From NCBI GenBank assembly GCA_001797495.1, contig MGPS01000013.1, positions 21,258 through 76,170 on the forward strand: 54,913 nucleotides of DNA. The letters run 5' to 3'. The notes below the pieces were generated by a model. The model did no database searches and was not told the origin of the DNA. It saw only the letters and a list, made by a program, of their open reading frames with translations. The DNA comes from Deltaproteobacteria bacterium GWC2_42_11 (GTDB lineage: Bacteria > Desulfobacterota > GWC2-55-46 > UBA9637 > GWC2-42-11). Shown piece after piece: positions 1-8,800 of this stretch (within the stretch, counting starts at the first letter, position 1; each line of letters begins with the position of its first letter). The translations under genes were made by a program, and so were the position numbers.

Positions 1-231
1 AATGCTGCAATTGAAGAAGGAGACCGCGGGTTATTTTTGCTTGCTTTAAGAAACATTGCCGAAGCCCAAGGCGGAATATCAACAATAGCGGAAAAGGCTC
101 ATCTTAACAGGGGAAATCTTTATCGCATGCTTTCAAAGCGCAGCAATCCTGAGATAAAAAGCCTGCTGACACTGCTTCGCGCTATGGGACTGGAACTCAC
201 TGTAAAGGCACATAAACAGGCTTATGCATAA
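1..231 (+). CDS. HigA-family HTH antitoxin (addiction-module antidote protein), 5' partial
   Basis: The frame is open from base 1. The translation (AAIEEGDRGLFLLALRNIAEAQGGISTIAEKAHLNRGNLYRMLSKRSNPEIKSLLTLLRAMGLELTV) has the layout of HI1420/TIGR02684-type antidote HTH proteins. The cognate toxin would lie upstream, outside the window. Confidence 0.6.
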   Translation, partial: NAAIEEGDRGLFLLALRNIAEAQGGISTIAEKAHLNRGNLYRMLSKRSNPEIKSLLTLLRAMGLELTVKAHKQAYA

Positions 232-435
232 AAGGGAAACAGAGGTTTTATAATTTTGGCAGGCTTCTGAAGTATGAGAATGCGGGAGATGTTTCTGTAT
301 TTCACTGCACCCTCTTTAAAAATGGATTTCCGCCTTCGCGGGAATGACAAGCATTTATTCTGATGCCACTAAAAATGGTCGCTGTCCCTAGTTTTCCTGA
401 ATTAGGGAATAGGGATATTCTTCTGCTTCAATTCA

Positions 436-1086
436 CTACGTGGCGATCAATACAAGTAATAATCCTGTGATTAAAACAAGCGAGACCGCAAGTTGATAAA
501 GTCCGTGGGAAATGTAATTAGCCATCTTTGAGAATATGAAAGCATATGGCCTAGCAATAATTGCGCACGCAAGTATCGATAGATAGAGCAGTGGAAAGAA
601 GCCAAACAAACGCCCTAGACTACCCCCAAGTGTGTCAATAATCGACCAGAGACTGAGCTGTACCTCAAGCCAGACTGTGATTGCACGCCACATAACTTCG
701 AACGGGAATAATAACCAGCCCAACGGGCCTCGGCCCGAAATTGCAATCAGCACCACCAACAAAATTGAAGACAAAGCAAACTGCTTGCCGATTTGAACGT
801 CCTCATGAACTTGCTCATCTGTTAGTGGCTTTTCTGGCGGAAACTCAAATCCAATCTCATCCTTATTCCAACGCCAGCCTGCTCCTGCCGTGAATTCTCG
901 AATGACTACAGCAACTATTCCGAGTGACCGAGAAATCAGCACCTGCAATTTGTCTTGGAATAGGCACATAAACGCAGATATAACAATGAAAACCTGTCCT
1001 GTTCGATTAATACCTATCACTAATCCTCGATCAAGACTTGGCAACCACTGAAGCAATAACGGTTGCTCATTAAAGAGTTCGATCAT
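436..1086 (-). CDS. hypothetical multi-pass membrane protein, no recognisable family
   Basis: The ORF track gives 436..1182. I prefer the ATG at 1086 (MIELFNEQ...), which is preceded by GAGGAG, because the 5' extension translates a GGGGACAG repeat. There are several long hydrophobic segments and no motif I recognise. Confidence 0.45.
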   Translation of the reverse strand: MIELFNEQPLLLQWLPSLDRGLVIGINRTGQVFIVISAFMCLFQDKLQVLISRSLGIVAVVIREFTAGAGWRWNKDEIGFEFPPEKPLTDEQVHEDVQIGKQFALSSILLVVLIAISGRGPLGWLLFPFEVMWRAITVWLEVQLSLWSIIDTLGGSLGRLFGFFPLLYLSILACAIIARPYAFIFSKMANYISHGLYQLAVSLVLITGLLLVLIAT

Positions 1087-1206
1087 ATCTCCTCTAACGC
1101 CAAGGCTCATCTGGAGAGGAAAAAGGGGACAGAAAAAGGGGACAGATTTATTTACCATTCCCCCTTCCCTATTTTTTTCCATTTTCCCAAAGCAGATGGG
1201 CGTTTT

Positions 1207-2199
1207 TCAGCGTGAAGTGTACACCTCTTTCAATATATCCCATGCGCCTTTGTTTAAAAGGGTTTCGGCGAGTTGGACGCCTAGAGATTCTGCATCATCA
1301 ACATTTCCGATAATAACATCCTTTATAATCTTTTTGCCGTCAACAGATGCAACAAGCCCTGTAAGTTTTATATTACTACCTGAAAATTCCCCCTCACCCT
1401 GACCCTCTCCCGCAAGGGGAGAGGGGATGATAACACCGTATGCTGCAATCGGCACCTGACAGCCGCCCTCAAGTTTCTTTAAAAACGCCCTTTCTGCGCG
1501 CACGGCAATAGATGTTTCTTTGTGATTTAAAAATGCCGCGAGTTTGTTAGTCTCATTATCATCAATCCTTGTTTCAATGCCAACAGCGCCCTGACCTATT
1601 GCAGGTAAACTTATTTCAGGAGAGAGGAGTTCTGTAATCCTATTTTCTAAGCCAAGCCTTTTAACACCGGCAGCGGCAAGGATTATGGCGTCAAACTGCC
1701 CTTCATCCAGTTTTCTAATCCTTGTGTCAAGATTGCCGCGCAATTGAATAATCTTTAAATCAGGTCTTATGTTTAGCAATTGAGACGAGCGTCTAAGACT
1801 ACTTGTGCCAACAGTCGCACCCTGCGGAAGGTCTTTAAACCTTGACCCCTTGACCCCTTGACCCCTTGACCCCTTTATTATCAACGCATCCCTTGGGTCT
1901 TCCCTTTCTAAAATTGCAGAAAGATGAAGTCCTTTTGGAAAATCAGTCGGCACATCCTTCATTGAATGAACTGCCAAATCAACTTTTTTTTCTAACAGCG
2001 CCTCTTCAATCTCTTTGACAAAAAGACCCTTGCCGCCGACCTTCGCCAAAGGCACATCAAGAATTTTATCCCCTGTGGTCTTTATCCTGACAAGTTCAAC
2101 ATGGTATTCCGGGTATCTTTTTTCAATTTCAGACTTAACCCAGTTTGCCTGCCAGATTGCGAGGGCGCTTGCGCGTGTACCAATCTTTATCTTTAACAT
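1207..2199 (-). CDS. hemC: hydroxymethylbilane synthase (porphobilinogen deaminase)
   Basis: It has the IGTRASALAIWQA N-terminus, the GTSSLRR motif and the CQVPI cofactor-cysteine region. It sits immediately downstream of hemA. Confidence 0.95.
   Translation of the reverse strand: MLKIKIGTRASALAIWQANWVKSEIEKRYPEYHVELVRIKTTGDKILDVPLAKVGGKGLFVKEIEEALLEKKVDLAVHSMKDVPTDFPKGLHLSAILEREDPRDALIIKGSRGQGVKGSRFKDLPQGATVGTSSLRRSSQLLNIRPDLKIIQLRGNLDTRIRKLDEGQFDAIILAAAGVKRLGLENRITELLSPEISLPAIGQGAVGIETRIDDNETNKLAAFLNHKETSIAVRAERAFLKKLEGGCQVPIAAYGVIIPSPLAGEGQGEGEFSGSNIKLTGLVASVDGKKIIKDVIIGNVDDAESLGVQLAETLLNKGAWDILKEVYTSR
1389..1425 (-). repeat. in-frame hairpin / G-quadruplex-type insert inside hemC
   Basis: The coding strand reads GGGAGAGGGTCAGGGTGAGGGGG, i.e. 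four G3+ runs. A 9 bp stem forms between CCCTCTCCC and GGGAGAGGG (1403-1425). The insert encodes PLAGEGQGEGE, which is extra relative to typical HemC. Confidence 0.7.
1842..1873 (-). repeat. tandem 8-mer x4 (GGGGTCAA on the coding strand) inside hemC
   Basis: TTGACCCC occurs four times head to tail on the plus strand. It encodes GSRGQGVKGSR, which is extra relative to typical HemC. Confidence 0.85.
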
Positions 2200-2206
2200 A
2201 TTTCCG

Positions 2207-3511
2207 CTAGACCTTTTTTATCTCCTTAACCTCTTCTACTACTGCTTCTTCTTCAAGGTCAAAGAGTTTTCTTGCCGCCTCTATATAAAAATCCCCTTCA
2301 ACTTTATTTGACTCTTTTTTTAAATGCGTCAGCGGCGTATGGAGTATCTTCTTTATAATAGCGCCTGCCATTTTATCTATTATCTTTAATTGTTCGTCTG
2401 AAAGCCCTTTAAGCAATGCCAGAGCCTCTTTCACTTCCTCATCTTTCATCCTCTCAAATTTTTTGCGGAGGGATATTATCGCTGGCACAACATCAAGAGA
2501 CTTTATCCACCTATAAAATTTTTCTACCTCTTCGGTTATTATCTTTTCTGCTTCCTTTGCTTCCTTATGCCGTTCTTTAAGGTTTGCAGTAACAACGCCC
2601 TCAAGGTCGTCTATGTCATAAAGATATACATTGTCTATATTATTTATCAGCGGGTCTATGTTTCTTGGCACGGATATATCAATAAAAAACATTGATTTAT
2701 TCTTTCTCTCTTTAATGACATCTTCTATCTGTTCAGGATGTATTATAAATTTAGGTGCTGCTGTTGACACAATGACTATATCAACCTTTTTCAGATAATG
2801 TCCAAACTCCCTGAACATTATAGGTGTGCCGCTGAAAAGCCTTGCAATCTCAACAGCACGTTCATAAGTCCTGTTTGCAACCATTATCTCCTTTACGCCA
2901 TTACTCAAAAGATGTCTTGCTGCAAGTTCTGCCATCTCACCTGCACCTATAAGCATTGCGGTTTTACCTTCCATTATTCCGAAAATCTTTTTTGCAAGTT
3001 CAACAGCAGCATAACTTATTGATACAGCGGATGAGCCTATCCTTGTCTCTGTCCTTATCCTCTTTGCAACAGAGAATGTCTTATGGAATAGTTTGTTTAT
3101 TATTATCCCTGCTGTAACGTGCTGAACTGCATAACCGTAAGCATCCTTTATCTGCCCGAATATCTGCGGCTCTCCGATAACCATTGAGTCAAGACCTGAT
3201 ACAACCCTGAAAAGATGCTTAACTGCCTCTTCTGACTCATATGTATATAGATGCTCGTCTAATTCATTCAGTGGGATATTATGATATTCAGAAAGAAACC
3301 TCTTGACCTGCCACAGCCCTTTTTCAATATCAGGTGTTACTGCAAATACCTCAACCCTGTTACAGGTAGAGACAATAACCCCTTCGTTTATTCCATAAGT
3401 ATTGCACAGTTTCTTTAATGGTTCATCAATGGTCTGCGGGGGGAATGAGAGTTTTTCCCTTATTTCAACAGGTGCTGTCTTATGGCTTAATCCGACAATT
3501 ATTATGTTCAT
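2207..3511 (-). CDS. hemA: glutamyl-tRNA reductase
   Basis: It has the VGLSHKTAPVEIREKL N-terminus, the STCNRVE active-site Cys motif and the GAGEMA NADPH fold. Confidence 0.95.
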   Translation of the reverse strand: MNIIIVGLSHKTAPVEIREKLSFPPQTIDEPLKKLCNTYGINEGVIVSTCNRVEVFAVTPDIEKGLWQVKRFLSEYHNIPLNELDEHLYTYESEEAVKHLFRVVSGLDSMVIGEPQIFGQIKDAYGYAVQHVTAGIIINKLFHKTFSVAKRIRTETRIGSSAVSISYAAVELAKKIFGIMEGKTAMLIGAGEMAELAARHLLSNGVKEIMVANRTYERAVEIARLFSGTPIMFREFGHYLKKVDIVIVSTAAPKFIIHPEQIEDVIKERKNKSMFFIDISVPRNIDPLINNIDNVYLYDIDDLEGVVTANLKERHKEAKEAEKIITEEVEKFYRWIKSLDVVPAIISLRKKFERMKDEEVKEALALLKGLSDEQLKIIDKMAGAIIKKILHTPLTHLKKESNKVEGDFYIEAARKLFDLEEEAVVEEVKEIKKV

Positions 3512-4323
3512 AATCTGCCGTGTTCACCAAGTGCAAGAAATTTTATTATCAAAAACGATCCCAGTAAAATCATAAACCCTGCAATTGTATATATTGCAGC
3601 CTTTTTCCCTCGCCAGCCTACCGTAAGTCTTCCGTGCAAAAGTGCTGCGTACAGAAACCATGTTATAAGAGACCACACCTGCCTTGGCTCCCATGACCAG
3701 TAACTCCCCCACGCGTATTCAGCCCAGACAGCGCCTGTTATCATAGCAGCAGTTAAAATCGGAAAACCGTATGTGAGGCACTTATAGCCGAGTTCATCCA
3801 GTACATCAAGGGATGGGAGCAGGAAGTAAAGCCCTCCGACTTTCTTTGATTTAAGGTAGTGCTCCTGTATGAGATACATTATCCCCACAAGAAACGACAT
3901 TGCAAAAAAGGCATTGCCGAATATTGCCAGGGGCACATGGATATAAAGCCAGTAACTTTCAAGTGCAGGGACAAGCGGGACAATCTCTTTTGGCAGAAAG
4001 GATGCTGTTATGAGCAGTAAAAGTGCAAAGGGTGCAACAAAAGAACCGAGCGATGCAATATGGTATCTTGCATTTACACTTAAATATATGACAACGGTCA
4101 TCCATGAAAATACAGAAAGGGATTCGTGCAGGTTCGTTAATGGGAGATGCCCTGCTTCAACCCCTCTTGTAATGATGGCAACCGTATGGAATAAAAAACC
4201 GATTACAAGGATTTTGTTAGATATGCCCGATACCTTCTTGTTATGGGAAAAGAGGTATGATGTATAGGCAAATGTGGCTAAGAGGTACAAGGCTACTGTT
4301 ATATGGAATAATACAAAATTCAC
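3508..4323 (-). CDS. cytochrome c assembly protein family (CcsA/HemX-like) membrane protein
   Basis: It is polytopic and carries a Trp-rich WGSYWSWEPRQVWSLITW heme-handling motif. Its position in the hemA operon matches Bacillus hemX. Confidence 0.8.
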   Translation of the reverse strand: MNFVLFHITVALYLLATFAYTSYLFSHNKKVSGISNKILVIGFLFHTVAIITRGVEAGHLPLTNLHESLSVFSWMTVVIYLSVNARYHIASLGSFVAPFALLLLITASFLPKEIVPLVPALESYWLYIHVPLAIFGNAFFAMSFLVGIMYLIQEHYLKSKKVGGLYFLLPSLDVLDELGYKCLTYGFPILTAAMITGAVWAEYAWGSYWSWEPRQVWSLITWFLYAALLHGRLTVGWRGKKAAIYTIAGFMILLGSFLIIKFLALGEHGRL

Positions 4324-4991
4324 CTGTCACCTAATTTGATTTTCATCTTTGCAAGAGTAAATTCTTTGCCTACTGCTTTTTTCAAAAGAGTATCAATTGC
4401 CTTCCTGTTCTTTTGTTTTATTAAATCCATGAGAGACGAGTTGACAAGTTTCTCAAATATCTTTTTATTTTTATGAGATTCCATGCCCTTTTTCAATAAT
4501 CCCCTTCTTATGCAGCCCATAACTTTAACGAATACAGCATATTCTTCGCCGAACTCTTTTCCAAGTCTTTTTCTTATCCTCTTTGCCAATGCAGGACTTT
4601 TGCCAGATGTGGATATGGCAATAAGCAGGTCCCCCCTTTCAACAACCGAAGGCACTATAAAATTGCACATATCAGGGACATCAACAACATTTAACAATAT
4701 GCCTTTTCCCTTTGCCTCCTTAAATATCTCACGGTTTATTTCCCTCTTATCAGTGGCGCTATATGCGAGAAATGCACTGTCAATATCACCTTGTTTGTAT
4801 GCCCTCTTGATAACCTTAACCCTTCTTTCCCGTACAAGTTTTTTTATGCCATCAGTTAGCCTGGGGCTTACCACACATACCTTTGCACCTGCATTAAGGA
4901 GTGATAAAACCTTTCTCTCTGCAACCCTGCCGCCGCCGATAACAACACAAGGCTTGCCCTTTATATCCATAAATATAGGATAGTACTCCAC
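4320..4991 (-). CDS. precorrin-2 dehydrogenase / sirohydrochlorin ferrochelatase (siroheme synthase N-terminal type)
   Basis: YPIFMDIKGKPCVVIGGGRVAERK Rossmann start and ISTSGKSPALAKRIR motif, both typical of SirC/Met8/CysG-N. Confidence 0.85.
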   Translation of the reverse strand: MEYYPIFMDIKGKPCVVIGGGRVAERKVLSLLNAGAKVCVVSPRLTDGIKKLVRERRVKVIKRAYKQGDIDSAFLAYSATDKREINREIFKEAKGKGILLNVVDVPDMCNFIVPSVVERGDLLIAISTSGKSPALAKRIRKRLGKEFGEEYAVFVKVMGCIRRGLLKKGMESHKNKKIFEKLVNSSLMDLIKQKNRKAIDTLLKKAVGKEFTLAKMKIKLGDR

Positions 4992-5006
4992 AAAAGTAAC
5001 CTCTTT

Positions 5007-5801
5007 CTACTGCTTTGTCTCTAACATCTTGAGGAGTGTATCTGCATCAATATATCCCGGTATTGTCCTGCCATCAGGCAGAATGATGAATGGTGTGCCG
5101 CTTATCCCGAGTGTTTTGGCGAGTTTTATATTTTCATCTATTTCCTTTGCCTCACATTCAGGTTTTGGCAGTTCCTTGCCTTCAAAGGCGTTTTCCAGCA
5201 TTTTTATAGACTTTTTGCACAGGATTGTCTTGGATTTTTCATATGCCTTTGGATGGGACGGCAGGGGATAGAGTTTTATGTAAAAGGCAATATCTTTCCT
5301 TTTTTCAATAATCTTTTTTGCCTCTCCATGTAGTTCCCTGCAGTACGGACAGTCAGGGTCATCGAAGATTATTATCTTTATGGGTGCATTTGGACTGCCC
5401 ATTACAAGTGCATCTCCAAGTGGGATTTGGCTAGGGTCAATCTTTTTTGCAGGCGCAGGCTTGCCTATATCTCCGACAGGTATAAACCTTGCCAGTAGGA
5501 TATATTTCTTTGCAAAGTCCAGATATACAGTGAAATTCTTGCCTTCTTGAACTCCGTTTATCTCCCAGAGTCCCTTGACAGGGCTCATCTTTACAGACAT
5601 GACATCCGCCTTTAAAATATTTTTAGCCTCTTCTGTTGTGAGAGTATGGCATGATATGCACTCTGCACCGCAGCCTGCCCCTTGTTGTACCTGTCCATTG
5701 ACCTGAAATGCCCTGACAGGATATGGGTTCAGAAAAACTGCACATGCACCACAGGCTAAAATTAGTATACTTATTATTTTTTTCACTGATGTACCTCGCA
5801 T
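5007..5801 (-). CDS. DsbC/DsbG-like thiol:disulfide interchange protein with an extra N-terminal CXXCH motif
   Basis: It has a signal peptide (the MRGTSVKKIISILILACGA start at 5801 is preferred over 5876), the thioredoxin motif DCPYC, and CISCH at 5646-5660. Confidence 0.75.
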   Translation of the reverse strand: MRGTSVKKIISILILACGACAVFLNPYPVRAFQVNGQVQQGAGCGAECISCHTLTTEEAKNILKADVMSVKMSPVKGLWEINGVQEGKNFTVYLDFAKKYILLARFIPVGDIGKPAPAKKIDPSQIPLGDALVMGSPNAPIKIIIFDDPDCPYCRELHGEAKKIIEKRKDIAFYIKLYPLPSHPKAYEKSKTILCKKSIKMLENAFEGKELPKPECEAKEIDENIKLAKTLGISGTPFIILPDGRTIPGYIDADTLLKMLETKQ

Positions 5802-5938
5802 ATTGTTTTTTATAGTCCATATTTTTAATATATTAAGTCTGTGATTGCAAGGGTTATTTCCAAAAAAACCTTGCAATGCAATATGGATTTGGTAAATTGG
5901 TTGCCTGAATATTGCATCCCTTTCATAATCCTGAAATT

Positions 5939-8077
5939 ATGGCAAAAGACCTTTTAATAGAGATTGGTACAGAAGAGATACCCGCTGGCTTTATCCCGAA
6001 GGCGCTTGAATCATTTTCCAGCCTTTTAAAAACTGCATTCACTGAAAAAAATATTAACTTTCAAAACATTGCAGCACTTGGCACACCCCGCAGACTGACA
6101 ATCCATGTCTCTTCTCTTGATGAAAAACAGCCTGATTCTGCTGCCACAATAACAGGACCTGCAAAAAAGGCTGCATTTGATGAGAACGGCAATCCGACAA
6201 AAGCAGGAGAGGGTTTTGCCCGCTCTCATGTGGTGCAGGTAAAAGACCTGTCAATTGTCAAGACTGAAAAAGGCGAATATGTTTGTATAAAAAAAGAGGT
6301 AAAGGGAAGAAAAACAGAATCCATCCTTGAAGAAACCCTGCCTTATATTATAAGTGCCATACCATTTCCAAAAACAATGAGATGGGGAAACTCTGATATT
6401 AGTTTTGCAAGGCCAATACACTGGATAACTGCACTATTCGGGGATAAGGTTGTAAATTTTAAACTCGGACATATAAAGAGCGGCAACATTTCCTATGGGC
6501 ACAGGTTTTTAAACCCAAAACCATTTAAAGTTGACAGCCTTGAGACCTATCTAAAAAAGACAAAATCTGCAAATGTAATAATAAATCCATCTGAACGAAA
6601 AGAACTGATAGCAAAAAAGGTTGATGAGTCTGCAAAAAATGCAGGTAGTGTGTGCCTTCAGGATGAAGGTCTTCTTGACGAGGTAACAAACCTTGTAGAA
6701 TATCCTGTTTGCCTTCGCGGAAATTTTGATAAAGAATTTTTAAGCCTTCCAAAAGAGGTTATTATAAATGCCATGAGAGAGCACCAGAGATATTTTTCTG
6801 TCGTTGATAAACACGGAAATCTCCTTCCATATTTTATATTTGTTGCAAATACAAAAGCAAAAGACCCGAAGATTGTAATAAAGGGGAATGAAAGGGTTTT
6901 AAGGGCAAGGTTAAATGATGCAAAATTCTATTTTAATAAGGATGTAAATATCCCTCTGGCACAAAGGGTTTCCGCACTTAAAGGTGTTATCTTTCAGGCA
7001 AAACTCGGAACATCCTATGAAAAGGTTGAAAGGTTTACAAGACTTGCAGTGCATATCGGTCATGCGATTGGTTTCTGTGAACCGATGAATGAAGGGGTTG
7101 AGATTTTCTTGCAAGATCCCAGATCCCAAACCCCAGACCCCAGATTTATCCTTGCTCGTGCCTCAATGCTCTGCAAGGCTGACCTTGTTACAGGCATGGT
7201 TAGTGAATTTCCAAAACTTCAGGGGATTATGGGTAAAGAATACGCACTTAAATCAGGAGAATCCAAAGAAGTTGCAGATGCGATATATGAACACTATCTG
7301 CCTATAAAGGCAGAAGGTGAATTACCAAAAAAAGAGGCAGGTGCAATAATAAGCATTGCAGACAAGATGGATACAATATGCGGTTGTTTCAGTGTTGGTC
7401 TTATCCCAACAGGAGGGACAGACCCTTACGGACTGCGGAGGCAGGCGCTTGGCATCATGGCAATAATCATTGATAAAAGCCTTGTCCTGCTTATTGATGA
7501 ACTGGTTGATAAATCCATTGAGATATTAAAGGATAAGATTAAAAGACCAGTTCAGGAGATTAAAAAGGATGTCTTGGAATTTTTCAAGGAAAGGATTAGA
7601 AACCATCTTTTATCACAGGGGTATTCATTTGATTCCACTGATGCAGTTTTATCAGCAAACTGGTATGATATAAACGATGCAGTAAAAAGAATAAAGGCCC
7701 TTGAAGGATTCAAGAAAAACCCTGCATGCAGTGCGCTTACAATTGCATTCAAGAGGGTATCAAATATACTAAAGGGGCAAGAGGCAGGGGTCAAGGGTCA
7801 AAAGATTGATACATCTCTTTTTGAGTATCCAAATGAAAAGGAACTTTTTGAGATTACACAAAGGATAGCACCTGATATAAATAGATACTGGAAGGAAGGC
7901 AATTATGAAAAAGTCTTTGAGACCCTTGCATCATTAAAAGGCATAATAGATACATTCTTTGATAAGGTTATGGTTATGGTGGAAGATGAAAAGGTGAGGG
8001 ATAATCGTCTGATTTTACTTAATATGGTCAGGAACCTTTATTATCAGATTGCAGATTTGTCAAAACTGACAACATAA
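5939..8077 (+). CDS. glyS: glycine--tRNA ligase beta subunit
   Basis: The LLIEIGTEEIPA N-terminus and overall length are typical of GlyS. The ATG at 5939 is preferred over the track start at 5912. Confidence 0.93.
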   Translation: MAKDLLIEIGTEEIPAGFIPKALESFSSLLKTAFTEKNINFQNIAALGTPRRLTIHVSSLDEKQPDSAATITGPAKKAAFDENGNPTKAGEGFARSHVVQVKDLSIVKTEKGEYVCIKKEVKGRKTESILEETLPYIISAIPFPKTMRWGNSDISFARPIHWITALFGDKVVNFKLGHIKSGNISYGHRFLNPKPFKVDSLETYLKKTKSANVIINPSERKELIAKKVDESAKNAGSVCLQDEGLLDEVTNLVEYPVCLRGNFDKEFLSLPKEVIINAMREHQRYFSVVDKHGNLLPYFIFVANTKAKDPKIVIKGNERVLRARLNDAKFYFNKDVNIPLAQRVSALKGVIFQAKLGTSYEKVERFTRLAVHIGHAIGFCEPMNEGVEIFLQDPRSQTPDPRFILARASMLCKADLVTGMVSEFPKLQGIMGKEYALKSGESKEVADAIYEHYLPIKAEGELPKKEAGAIISIADKMDTICGCFSVGLIPTGGTDPYGLRRQALGIMAIIIDKSLVLLIDELVDKSIEILKDKIKRPVQEIKKDVLEFFKERIRNHLLSQGYSFDSTDAVLSANWYDINDAVKRIKALEGFKKNPACSALTIAFKRVSNILKGQEAGVKGQKIDTSLFEYPNEKELFEITQRIAPDINRYWKEGNYEKVFETLASLKGIIDTFFDKVMVMVEDEKVRDNRLILLNMVRNLYYQIADLSKLTT

Positions 8078-8089
8078 AAAGGATTTTGT

Positions 8090-8800
8090 ATGACAGATAG
8101 AGAAATTGAAGAAGTGTATCAAATCATCAAAGACTACCATGAGAAATATTTAAAAAAGCATGGGGTTAAGTTACCAAAGTTAAAAGATGTCGATGGAAAA
8201 TATACCAGAAACGCACTTGTTCTGATTTATCTCGCAAAGTTTTATCCCAGCACTGTTTTAGTGACCAAACAAGATTTAACCGCATTTATTAGGAAGTTTT
8301 ATCCTGAAACAAATGATGTCCAGCAAGCAAGACATTTAGGGGCGCAGTCAGGATGGTTTATTTCAGCAGGTGGCAGAGATAATGTCCATGTTAAGAAAAG
8401 CGGAGAATATCGGCTGATTACATTAGAAAGACCCTATCCTCATTTCAAAGGTCATAGGATTGAAACAACAGGCAATTGGGAGAATATAAAGCAGTAATAT
8501 GGGAACAGATGCGCTACTTGCGGTTCAGAGGAAAACAAGAAAAACATACATTATCCTAATACAATAACAAAATTGCAAAAAGCACATATAGACCCTTTCA
8601 AATCATTAACTGAAGGCAATATCATTCCGCAATGCCAAAAATGTAACAGGGCATATAGAAATTTTTGGGTATTTGATGAAAGGGGACGAGTAAGGGGAAT
8701 AGCAAAACCAACAATAATCAAAAAATGCAGCAAAGATATAAAATGGAAAATCTACAAAATTTTATACAGTGAATTTAAAGGAACAAATCCAAATGAATGA
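8090..8800 (+). pseudogene. HNH (beta-beta-alpha-Me) type II restriction endonuclease interrupted by an in-frame TAA
   Basis: ORFs 8090..8497 and 8573..8800 are in the same frame and are separated only by the TAA at 8495-8497. The read-through sequence YGNRCATCGS...AHIDP...GNIIPQCQKCN forms a CxxC...H...N...CxxC HNH finger. The stop overlaps the methyltransferase start (ATGAATGA). Confidence 0.7.

Noticed and set aside
8495-8497. In-frame TAA considered as programmed read-through or recoding
   Set aside because: TAA is the least leaky stop codon, and I see no downstream stimulatory structure. A pseudogene or a base-call error is more parsimonious.
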